Source: Squalus acanthias
Taxonomy: Eukaryota
Assembly: GCA_030390025.1 (NCBI GenBank)
Contig: CM059438.1
Coordinates: forward strand, 61,692,001 to 61,756,000
DNA: 64,000 nucleotides
Reading direction: 5' to 3'
Both the position numbers and the translations under genes were made by a program. The first letter of the stretch is position 1. Each line of letters opens with the position of its first letter. Below, piece by piece: positions 48,033 to 64,000 of the stretch. A model generated the notes under the pieces. It made no database searches. It was not told the DNA's origin and saw only the letters and a list, made by a program, of their open reading frames with translations.

Positions 48033-49377
48033 AAAGCCTGCTAATGCTGTACACATGACTAAAAGGAGTGAGAACGATGTGGTGTTTGGAGATTGGCCGT
48101 GATCACAGGGATTATCCCAGTACACTTCCGCAGCTCTGTTGAAGGGCTTTGTACAATTGAGCTGGGGGCACGAAGGGGGCAGCGGTGGAGCTGCACTGTG
48201 CTCCCTCTGTTTGTTTTTGTATAGTTGGGTGAAATTGAAACCTTTTCTATTTTGTTAATCATTCGAGTCATCTTTTTGTAAAATCAAATTTTGAATAATG
48301 CATTCAGAAGAACAAATGTGTTTTTGCTCTTGTATCACTAAGTTATTAAGATGGCTCCTGGAATTGGCCAGAGAGGTTAAAGTGTTGATAGAGACCATAT
48401 ATCTATTAGATTAAAGCTGGTGGGGGAGCCAGAGTCTGATAGCCAATGGTCAGCTTGCAGTAGGTCCTGTACTTCAGGAACACTCCAGAGTGAGACTTGT
48501 AAAATCACTCTGACCCATGGTATACCTTCCTACTTTGAATTATATATTTTACTTGGTTTTAACATTATTAGCAAGTAGTGCCTTAGATCTGGCCTTTGGC
48601 ACCAAGCCACCACTTGGTTTTTATCTGGGTACATTAATGAAGGTTCAGCATAGGAACAACAATTTGCATTTGTATAGTGCCTTTAACATGGGGAAAACAA
48701 CAGCCTAAGTTGCTTCACTGAGGAGTAGGGAAAATGGATTGGGAGGGGTCATCTTGGGTTTGGTCAGAAATGGGTTTTACCAAGGATCTTAAAGGAGAGG
48801 GAGATGGAGAGGCATAGGGAATGCCAGAGTAGCAACTAGGTGTCTCAAGGCACAGCTTCCAGTTGTAGAAGTACAGGGAGGGGGGATGCACATGAGGCTG
48901 CATTCAGAGGAACAAATAATTTGTGGCAGTTGTAAGGCTGGAGAAAGTTAGAGATTTAAAGACAAGGACAAGAATTTTAAATTAGAGACTGGGAGCCAAT
49001 GTAGATCAACCACGATGGAGGGAGTGGAAAAGTATTCAGGCAGCAGAGTCTCTGATGAGCTGGAGTTTATGAAGGATGGGAGTCTGGCAGAGACCATTGG
49101 AGTAAAGGTTTCAATGGCAGAAGCAGACAATATTGCGGAGGTGGGAATAGGCTGTCCTTGTAATGGAGATAACCCTACTGTGGAATCAAGTACAGTGAGT
49201 CAATGACTGATTTGGTTTGGTGGTGGGGGGCAGAGCAGGAGTCCCTACTTTGGGAGTACACTGATTGGAGACAACACCTCTTAAAGGTACACCCCTGTCC
49301 TGGGGGGAAAAGGAGTGTTGGACTGTCAGTAAAAGTACTGGCTTGCAAGTGACTTTTTTTTAATGGCCTAGATCCCC

Positions 49378-50210
49378 AGTAATGGGACAAGTAAAGAAAC
49401 AAAAGATGAGTCTAAAGAAGTGCAAATGGGAATGGCAGGAATCATCAGCTGCCATGTGGAAAAAATGGGCAGAGGTTATGGTCTAAAATTATTGAACTCA
49501 AATTAATGTTAAGTCCAGAAGGCTGTAAAGTTCCTAATCGAAAGAGGAAGTGCTGTTCCTCGAGCTTCGTTGCAACAGTGTAAGAGACAGAGGACAGAGT
49601 GGAAAGGAGAATTAACGTGACAGACAATTGGAAGCTCGGGGTCACGTTTATGGACTGAACGGACGGTGTTCCGCAAAGCGGTCACCCAAAATGTAGAGGA
49701 GACTGCAGCGTGAGCAGTGCATACAGTATATTAAATTGCAAGAAGTACAAGTAAATCACTTACACCTGGAACGAGTGTTTGGGGCCCTGGGAAGGGAGGT
49801 AAATGGGCAGGTGTTGCATCTCCTGCACTTGCACAGGAAGGTGCTGTGGGAGGGGGCGGGGTATCACGGAGGGAGCAATCCCTTTGGAATGCTCAAAGGG
49901 GGGTGGGGGGTAAGATGTGTTTGGTGGTGGGATCACGCTGGAGGTGGTGATGATCCATTGAATATGGAGGCTGGTGGGGTGAAAGGTGAGGGCATGGGGA
50001 ATCCTATCATGGTTCTGAGGGAGGGGAAGGGGTGAGAGTAGTGTGGGAAATGGTTGCGAGCCATGTCAACCATGGCAGAGGGGAATCCTTGTTGAGGAAA
50101 AAGACATATCTGAAGCACTAGTATGGAAGGTGGCATCGTCAGAACAGATCCAACAGGGAGAATGGAATAGAGTAGTTACAGGAAGCAGGGCGAGAGTCAG
50201 TGGGCTTATA
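49378..50210 (-). mobile_element. Degenerate Penelope-like fragment
   Basis: KLEEQHFLFRLGTLQPSGLNI and 3' UTR homologous to 27640-27860. Confidence 0.7.
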
Positions 50211-51655
50211 GTGGAAGGAATGTTGAGCAAAAGCTGAAGGCCTTTAAATGGTACTTGAAGCCTTTGGAGTAATCAAGAGCTGCTGCAAAGTTGAATTTTA
50301 ATGCAGTGCATCATACAGCCAGGAGTCACAGGGAGGATGCACTTATCCACAAAGGTACACTATTAACACAAAAATGATCCTAAATTGCTATTCTGCTGCC
50401 TGAATTGTATCATTCATTGTAGGCAAATGACATAGTTGAGTGCTCATAAGAACTGTTGAGTACTATACAGAGTTGGCACCAGACCCAACCATGCTGTAGG
50501 AAGAACCTACCTCCATGGAAATTGAAAAAGCCAGGGGTGGTGTAAGCAAACTTGACACTGCACTGCTGAGCTAATGATGGGGCAGATGCCATGGACTGTA
50601 TTCATGACCAATTCCTAAATGCCACTCTAGATATGAGTGGGATGGCAATGGTCTGGGAGAACTGTGCCAGGAACAACCAACTCATCCTGGAGCTATCATT
50701 TTTTAAATTCATTCAAGATGTGGGCATTAGTTGCCCTGAGAAGAATGTCTTCTATCCATCTTCGTCATGACTCAGCATGCATAGCCTCTTGGAGAAAATT
50801 CCAGATTTCCACCAGAGCAGTGTTTCTCAAACTGGGGTCCGTACTTTCCAGGGGCAATTTCAAACCATCTCCCCATAAAACTGACACGATTCAGTTCTCA
50901 AAGGCTGGACCCACCTCCTCAGAGGCCCACAGCACGCTCACTTTGCAACAAGCAATCTCCGCCAGTCGAGCAGATTTCTCTACCTGGCACTGCAACCCTA
51001 CGCCATCATCCCAACACATGATCAGTGCCTGCAGGGCCCTTCAAACACATGCCTGAACATGTTAAAACAAACCCATACAATCCCACAGTGCAGCTGTTAC
51101 AGAATGGGACAGTATGGCGGTGTCATTTTTCCACCAGCATATGCATAGGTGCTTGTGCCCTCAGCCTACTGATGGCTTTAAAAATTGTCCAGCACCAAGT
51201 GGCTAATAGTGGCCATCTGTTGCTGCAGACTACCCAGAATTGGAGAGAAGCAGGAACACCCATCTCACTGATCTGTAATTAAATACCTGTTTTCTTAAAA
51301 GCATTGTTAAAACACTTTACATGCAGCACTTTCATATGAGCATTGCACTAGATTGGCATTCTCACTTAAACAAGGATGGCTGGTGCAGACAATGGAAATG
51401 TAATGCTTGTGTATTAGGGGTGCTCCAAGATTGGGGATCAGCCACATTGTTGGGGCAGAGTAAAGGGAGCTTTGCTGTGCATCTGATTGTACCATACTTG
51501 ATCTGGAGTACTGGATGCTGACACTGGGTGACAGAAGTATCTCCAGCACAGGCATCCCTCACTTGCACCAAAAAACCCAAAATATTGTATGTGAGGGAAG
51601 AGAAAGAAACACCATGTCACCTCATTGAGCTTTTATAGCATAGAAAAGCTGTAAT

Positions 51656-51823
51656 CAATATTCCCTCTAAATTGTCTTTCTTGTGCGGCCTGTTTATTTC
51701 AATGAGCGGGCTTTTTAAATTTCTGTGCATGTGCAGTATTTCAAATGGAAAAGCTTGTGAGCGGCCTGCGCTGTACCTTGCAGATTACTGCACGGCCACA
51801 CACGCAGCTTAGAGTGAACACTG
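51656..51823. mobile_element. hAT-like MITE
   Basis: TIRs caatattccctctaa / ttagagtgaacactg; same family body. Confidence 0.75.
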
Positions 51824-52136
51824 ACTAATGGTTGAAATCCTCCAGCATCCCAAACTAGATAGAATTCTTGAGTACAGTAAACCCATAAATCAACACAATC
51901 TTAACTCATCGGGCTGCAAACAAGATCTCGCATCTAGATGAAGAGGGTGCAAGTCCCAGAAAAAAAGCAATGATCTCTCAACCCCCACCTCGTGTATAAT
52001 TCTGGTCACGGTTACATGTGGACATTTGCAAAAGTAGTGACTAAAATGGATAACTTGGATTGGACATCTGTGCTGTGAGGAGAGGCTATAGAAACTAGAC
52101 AGTACACCAACAGGTTCAACTGTTTTTTAAAGACTT

Positions 52137-52142
52137 TTTATT
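52137..52142 (-). promoter_or_regulatory. RPL12: RPL12 polyadenylation signal
   Basis: AATAAA about 30 nt after the TGA. Confidence 0.8.
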
Positions 52143-52174
52143 GGAAACTTATTTAGTTCTATGGCACCTCCACT

Positions 52175-56755
<4,581 letters not shown>

Positions 56756-56864
56756 CTTTGCGGCGGCTGGCGGCGATCACTGCTCTGGCGCGCGGTCTCG
56801 GTGTCGGATGAACCCGGATTCGGGACGACCGAAAATCAGTTACACCGTCACCGGCCGGAGCAGC

Positions 56865-56900
56865 GAGAAGGAAGACGTCATCGTGCTCCCGCCTTATATA
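56865..56900 (-). promoter_or_regulatory. RPL12: RPL12 core promoter: TATA box and 5'TOP initiator
   Basis: Minus-strand TATATAA 56900-56894, then pyrimidine tract tcttccttctc 56875-56865. Confidence 0.85.
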
Positions 56901-57446
56901 CCCAAGCCAAGTATCGCGAGGTTTCCGAGTGGCACCACCACGCCGCCATATTGAGTGGGGCAAATCAAAGAGGCTCGCAGCTTGAGTATCACGGCAAATC
57001 AAAGTGGCACCTTATTGCAAAAACAACTAAATAGTAAAAGCGTGCGATATATAATAAACCTATTTACTAGATTACAAAGGTGCTTATTCACCTCCTGTGG
57101 CCAGCTGTCATCTGGTGGTGGGAGTTGTGTGCTCAAGGCTAGGGGGGGTGCCTCTTGCTTTCTCTTTCATTACTTGTTGGCGTTAGGAGGTCAGCATTTC
57201 AGACGCCTCTTGTTGTCCTCTCGCAACTTGTTGGTGGAAGCGGCGCCTCTTGCTTTACTTTGGGCACTTGTCGGCGGTGGAGGAGTGACGGGAGGCGGAA
57301 CTGGGTGTTGTAGTAGTCGCTGCCCCGGGGTGAGGAGTTCGAGGGAGCCGCCGCCGCCGGACAGGGACAGTGCTGAAGGCCCCTTCCATCCCCCCCGCTG
57401 CTGCCCGGGCCGCTCCCCGCGGGGACTGACGGAGCCTCAGCCCGAA

Positions 57447-59524
57447 ATGATGCTCTTCTCTCGGAAAAAGAAGCAAAATGAAGAGGCGCGGAAACGGCTG
57501 GAGTATCAGATGTGCCTGGTGCGGGGACTGGGGAGAGGGAGCGGGGGGCTGGGGTGGGGGGCCGGGGGAGGATGATGAGGGGCTGGGGCTCTGACTCTCC
57601 CCCCATCTCCTGCGGTTTGTACACATTAAACAATCCGGTGATTTCACTCCCTGCGGACACTTTGATACATTGGGGTTTATTTTTTTCCTATAAAGAGGCC
57701 GCCTAACCTGCTGAGCGTGTGCAGTATTTTTGTTTTTCTGACCTCCCCCCCCCTGAACCCGGTGACAGAGCCTTTGGGCAGTTTCCCCCTCATTGAAGAG
57801 TTTCCTCCTTTTTCAAGCGGGGTTATTTGTTAAAGGGGAGGGGTGATTATTTGTGTGAATTCAGTTTGATCACAGTGGTGACGGCCGCAGAGTGTGGAGC
57901 AGATCTTCACTCTCCAGCTGGGAACGTCTCTGTGAAACATCTCATTCTGCAGTAAAGTGGTGACACTCTGGCTGCCCGTCTCACTCGTCCTGTGAGGAGA
58001 CTTCGTTGACCCCATTGCTGGCTGGTGTTCTGCTCACTTCAGTTGTCCAACATTATAATCTAGTTTGAGTTCTGTGATTTTTCAGGTGAAGAATTAAAAC
58101 TGATTCCGCTACATTTCTGTAGCACCCATTGTGTGCAGAGAGATGTCTCCAAGAGCTTTTACATTGGAGTGGATAGTGAGAGGATGTCGGTCAGAAGGGG
58201 GGGTTGGAAGGGAGGGAGTTGACATGGCGAAGATGCTGAGGAAGATCTAGAGGAGGCTGAGTGGTTGAAGGAGCAGCCTATGAGGGAGTACAGAACGATG
58301 AAAACACTCGTTTTTGAGGAGTGAAGGGTGCGTGCAGGGCTGGAGGCGATCAGAGGTTAACAAAGGGAAGGTCCTGCAGGGATTGGGTGAGAATGAGAAT
58401 CTTAATTCTCTGAGACATGGGGAACTTTGAGAAACTAGAGGTAATGGGGATGTGGGTGAGAAAATGGGCATAGACTGTGGGTGACTTTTATGTTCGTGGG
58501 AGGGGGGTGAGGTCAGGCAGCCAGCAGCAGCAGCACATTGGGACAATTGAGATTAGTACATGAGAGAAAAGGGAATAGAAAGATATAACCAGCACATGTT
58601 AGTTGGGCCGAATGGCCTGTTTCTGTTCTGTATATTCTATGTAATATCTGGTGCCTGGAGCTCATAAGGAGTTGTTTCTTCCCCTATCTGCTTATGATGC
58701 AAGCAGCTAACTGCCTGCGGATTGCGTAGCCAGAGCATTCTTCTTTATGACTGGATGTTATAAAGGCCTAGGTCACTGAACAGACAGCTGTGGGGAGGTG
58801 GAGGAGTTTGAAATTTTCGCACTGTAACTGGTGCAAATTTAAATCACAGCTGCAACAGTGCTGTACTGCCGTGTACCGTAGTCTGTATTTATATACATCA
58901 GCCTGCCAGAGCAATGGTGGCTGCTGTGGGTTACATAGTATTACAATAGTCTTGGCAGCACGGAAACAGGCCATTCAGATCAACAGGTCTATACCGATGT
59001 TTCTGCTCCACACGAGCCTTGTTCCACCCTACTGCATCTCACCCTATCAGCATATCCTTCTATTCCTTTCCTCCTCATGTACTTGAACAGCTTCCCCTTA
59101 AATGCATCAACTAGGTTGGTCACTAAGTGTATTCTCATTCCTCCTCTCACTCTAATGAAAGTGTCGACCCTCCTACAATAAACAGCTGAATCTTTCATTC
59201 AGACAGTGGATAGAGGAATGTCCTACCAGCTCATTACATTACTATCTCACAGCACAATTTCATCCCACAAGGGGCTTTTCCAACAGAGGTTACTGCTAAG
59301 TAAGGGGGTGTGAAAGCTGTGTCGCAGCTACAACTGATCAGAGTAAGAGGGGCTGGGGGAAATCTTATTTTCTAGCTCTGCGTATCTTTGTGTTTGAAAG
59401 ATTAACTGCATTTTGGGCAAGTTTTAAATAGGCTGAAAATACAATGTACCCTTTCCCTTTTCGACAGGCCCGAGAAGCAGGAGCAGATGACATCCTGGAT
59501 ATATCGAGGTGCGAGCTGTCTGAG
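57447..59524 (+). CDS. LRSAM1: E3 ubiquitin ligase LRSAM1, first coding exons 57447-57518 and 59468-59524 (continues beyond window)
   Basis: MMLFSRKKKQNEEARKRLEYQMCL-AREAGADDILDISRCELSE matches the LRSAM1 N-terminus; GT-AG; divergent from RPL12 as in human. Confidence 0.93.
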
Positions 59525-59767
59525 GTAAGTGGAGACTGTGGTGGGCCCCTGTGGTCAGGGAGGCCCCTGGTGATTGTTATGATTGCCTGTTCCATCAGTC
59601 AGCGAGGCAGCCTGTCCTGTTGGTGGGGCTGCTCTAAGGAGGTGTAGGTACACTGCATCTACTAAATACTTTAAGGAAAGTACTTGCATTTATAGAGTGT
59701 CTTTAATGACCTCAAGACATCTTAAAGTGCTTTCCGGCCAATTGTCACCATTGTAATTAAGCGAAAC

Positions 59768-62700
59768 CCAGGCAGAGAGGACCGGGAAGGAGGGAGGAGG
59801 ACAGTAGGAGTAGGTTTGTGTGTGTGTGCTTGGCCGATGTAGCAGAGCCTAGTCTCCAATCGTCTTGGATCCCCTTGCCATTGGACCAAGACCTTGCTCT
59901 GTCAAGCCCGTGTGGTAGCTGGTGTGCAACGGCCATCCCACGTTAAAAGAATTCACGCACAGGCATCTTCCACCCTTTTTTATAATGAAGTTCGGGACCT
60001 GGAATGTCAGGACCCTCATGGACAACACCAACAGCGACAGACCGGAACGCCGTACTGCTATTGTTACCCGAGAGCTCAGATGTTTCGACATAGACATCGC
60101 TGCCCTAAGTGAGACCCGGCGGGCAGGGGAGGGGAAGGCCAGCTCAAGGAGCAAGGCGGTGGTTACACCTTCTGGAAGTGCAAACCTGAAGAAGAATGCT
60201 GCCTCCATGGGGTAGGCTTCGCCATAAAAATGAGCTAGTTGAACGTCTCAGAGACTCCCCTTGTGGAATAAACGAATGCCTCATGACTCTACGGCTCACC
60301 CTAGCCCGGAACCAGTGCGCTACGGTCATCAGTGCGTACGCCCCAACACTGGAAGCCACAGACAAGACCAAAGAGGAATTCTACTGCAGCCTCGAACAAT
60401 CCCTGTCCCGAGTCCCAACGGGTGACAAGCTGATCTTGCTTGGCGACTTTAATGCCAGAGTTGGAAAGGACACAGACCTCTGGGGAGGTGTGATCGGCAG
60501 AGAGGGGGGTAAGGAAAGCCAACTCCAACGGTACCCTCCTCCTGATGAAATGCTTAGAACATAGCCTTGTCATAACCAATACCTTGTTCCGTCAGAGAGA
60601 CAAGTACAAGGCTTCATGGCAACACCCTCGCTCCAAGCACTGGCATCTGCTGGACTACGTCATCATCCGAGCGAGGGACCGCAAGGACGTCCGTGTCACC
60701 CGCACCATGACAGGAGCTGATGACTGCTGGACAGACCACCGCCTAATCCACTCTCTCATCTCCATCAACGTAGCCCCAAAACAGCGGCGGCAACAGAAGC
60801 AATGCCACAGGAAAATCAATGCTGGAACACTCAGACCCTGCTAAGAAAGCCCTTTTCAGCCTGCGCCTCACAACCAACCTGACGACTCCCAGTGATTCAG
60901 AGACACAGAGTGTCCACAGCGCCTGGTCTGCACTCAAGGCCTCCATAATCAGCACCTGTGAAGAAACGCTCGGTCACTCGACCAGGAAACACCAAGACTG
61001 GTTCGACGAGAACGACCAGGAGATTCAGGAGCTAATAAGCCGCAAGCGCAAGGCATTTCTGATCTAGAAACAGCAACAGAACTCAAGAGCAAGAAAGCAG
61101 CTCTACAGATGCCTGAAGGCCGAGGTCCAACAAAAAACTCGGGACCTAAAGAACAGATGGTGGGTGGAGAAAGTGCAGGAGATCCAGCAGCTAGCTGACA
61201 ACCACAACGTGCGTGGATTCTTTAGTGCAGTCGACACCACCTACGGCCCAAGCACCCAAGTCCTACCCCACTGTGGACCAAGAACGGAGAGGTATTCATC
61301 AAGGACAGAGAGGCAGTTAGTGCCCGCTGGAAGGAGCACTTCGAAGATCTCCTTAACCGAGTCTCTGCCTTTGACGCGAGTGTCCTCAACTCCATCCCGC
61401 AGCATGCTACCCGCCACCACCTCCGCACAACCCCAGCCTGGCATGAGGTTGAAAAGGCCATCCGACAACTGGAGAACAACAAGGCCTCGAACAGATGGAA
61501 TCCCCGCCGAGGCGCTAAAACATGGCGGAGAAGTACTATTGGTGCGAATACATGAACTTATTTGGAAGGAGGAGAGCATGCCAGGGGATCTCGGATGCCG
61601 TAATCGTGACCACCTTCAAGAAAGGTGATCAGTCCGATTGCGGTAATTACAGAGGAGTCTCCCTGCTGTCTGCCGCAGGGAAAGTCATCACAAGAATCCT
61701 CCTCGGTCGCCTTCTCCCAGTGGCTGAAGAGCTCCTCCCAGAGTCGCAATGCGGCTTCCGCCCACTAAGAGGCACAATGGACATGATCTTCACCGCGCGT
61801 CAACTACAAGAGAAATGCAGGGAACAGCACCAACCGCTGTACATGGCAACCTTTGACCTCACAAAGGCCTTCAACACCGTCAACCGTGAGGGATCATGGA
61901 GTGTCCTTCTCAAATTCGGCTGCCCTCAAAAGTTTGTCACCATCCTCTGCCTGCTTCACGACGACATGCAAGCCGTGATCCTGACCAACGGATCCACCAC
62001 AGACCCAATTCACGTACGGACCGAGGTCAAGCAAGGCTGTGTCATCGCACCAACGCTCTTCTCGATCTTCCTGGCTGCAATGCTCCATCTCACCCTCCGG
62101 TAAGCTCCCCGCTGAAGTGGAGCTAATCTACAGAACAAACGGGAAACTGTTCAACCTCCGTCGCCTCCAGTCCAGATCCAAGGTCGTCCCATCCTCTATC
62201 ATCGAATTACAGTATGCAGACGACGCTTGCGTCTGCGCACACTCTGAGGTCGAACTCCAAACCATCGTCAACACCTTCACCGAAGCATACGAGAGCATGG
62301 GCCTTACACTAAACATTCGTAAGACAAAAGTCCTCTACCAACCTGCCCCCGTCACACAGTACTGCTCCCCGATTATCAAAATTCATGACGAGGCCTTGGA
62401 CCACTTTCCATACCTCGGGAGCCTACTGTCAACAAGGGCAGATGTCGATGACTAAGTCCAACACCGCCTTCAGTGTGCCAGTGCAGCCTTTGGTCGCCTG
62501 AGGAAGAGAGTGTTTGAAGACCAGGACCTCAAACCCAGCACCAAGCTCATGGTCTACAGAGCAGTAGTGATACCCGCCCTCCTGTATGCTTCAGAGACAT
62601 GGACCATATGCAGCAGGCACCTCAAAGCACTGGAGAGGTACCACCAATGCTGCCTCCGCAAGATCCTGCAAATCCATTGGCAAGATAGGCGTACCAACGT

Positions 62701-63193
62701 CGGTGTTCTTGCTCAGGCCAACATCCCCAGCATCGAAGCTTTGACCACGCTCGATCAGCTCCGATGGACGGGCCACATCGTCCGCATGCCTGATACGAGA
62801 CTCCCAAAACAAGCGCTCTACTCGGAGCTCCAACATGACAAGAGAGCCCCAGGTGGGCAGAGGAAAAGCTTCAAAGCCTCCTTGGAAAAAGTGCAACATC
62901 CCCACCGATACCTAGGAATCCCTGGCCCAAGACCGCACAAAGTGGAGGAGAAGCATCCGGGAAGGCACCGAACACCTCGAGTCTCTTCGCCAGGAGCAAG
63001 CGGAAGCCAAGCGGAAGGAGCGCACATCAACCCAAGCACCCCACCAACCCGCCCCTTCAACCACCGTCTGCCCCACCTGTGACAGAGACTGTAGGTCCCG
63101 CATTGGACTCGTCGGTCACCTGAGAACTCATTTTTAGTGTGGACGCAAGTCATCCTCGGTTCTGAGGGACTGCCCAAGAAGAAGAAGAAAAAG
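59768..63193 (+). mobile_element. Near-full-length degenerate RTE-clade LINE in LRSAM1 intron
   Basis: FGTWNVRTL, LSETR, SAYAPT, LGDFNARVG, WTDH; NYRGVSLL, KQGCVIAPTLF, LQYADD; (aag)n tail; approximate TSD aattaagcgaaac/aattaaaggaaac; splits a SINE. Confidence 0.92.
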
Positions 63194-63199
63194 AATTAA

Positions 63200-63530
63200 A
63201 GGAAACGCAGCAGCCAATTTGCGTACAGCAGGGTCCCACAAACAGCAATGTGATGATGACCAGATAATCTGTTTTAGTGATGTTGGTTGAGGGGAAAAAT
63301 ATTGGCCAGGACACCAGGGTGAACTCGCCTGGTCTTCAAATAGTGGCCATGGGATCTTTTAGGTCCACCTGAGAGGGCAGACGGGGCCTCGGTTTAACAT
63401 CTCATCCGAAAGACGGCACCTCCGACAGTGCAGCATGTCAGCCTGTGCTCGAGTCTCAGAAGTGGGATGTGAACCCACAACCTTCCGACTCACAGGCGAG
63501 TGTGCTACCCACTGAGCCACGACTGACACC
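63200..63530 (-). mobile_element. SacSINE1-like SINE (remainder at about 59680-59760)
   Basis: Consensus continues across the RTE insertion. Confidence 0.7.
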
Positions 63531-64000
63531 TGGACCACCTTGTGGGAGAGACCTTCTTCCGAGCACACTTGCACGTGTTAGTCTGGCTCCAGGGATGCTA
63601 AGGTGCACTAGTTACAGAGTCGTACAAAGACTCTGGGATGAGTGTCGGCTTAGCGTGTAATATAATGGGAGGGCCTAAGCGTGCGTCTGATACAGAAATA
63701 GCAGAGGTCCGTAGACTCTTAAGATCCTTTCCTCTCCCCTTACTACTACTACTCCTGAAGACTGCCCCATGTTGGATACAGTTCAAAGGTCGGGCACTGT
63801 CCCTCTAAGTGGCCTTTCCTCGTGTAGGTATAAACAGTTTTGTTGCACTGTCCAACTGTTGGGGGCATCAGTCAAGCCTGATTGTCCCCTCACCCACAAT
63901 CAAAACATGTCTTCCAGCTGGGGTTGCTGGGTATGGATCAGGAGTGGAAATCACGGCTGACTTTCTTCCCCAGGGCCCGTTGTGCAGTGTCCTCGCCACC

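Overview
Repeat-rich vertebrate genomic DNA, most likely from a cartilaginous fish (HER1-type CR1 LINEs, an HE1-type V-SINE and SacSINE1-like SINEs dominate). Four spliced genes can be read directly: (1) the 3' part of an unrecognised + strand gene (seven phase-compatible exons, 4076-21983, last exon with a coding 99-bp/33-aa tandem repeat); (2) POLE3 (+, 152 aa); (3) RPL12 (-, 165 aa, TATA box and 5'TOP); (4) the first two coding exons of LRSAM1 (+), head-to-head with RPL12. The most striking feature is a full-length, intact Tx1-clade retrotransposon (29189-36328, -). It is inserted in the hammerhead-ribozyme end of a Penelope-like repeat, which itself sits in a CR1 tail. A 47-bp target segment occurs three times, a 320-bp LTR-like direct repeat flanks the element, and it lies immediately upstream of and divergent from the POLE3 promoter. 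Also present: an internally deleted Harbinger element inserted in another hammerhead, hAT-type MITEs, a decayed near-full-length RTE LINE, Penelope and L2 fragments, and minisatellites. All calls were made by reading the sequence; no searches were run.
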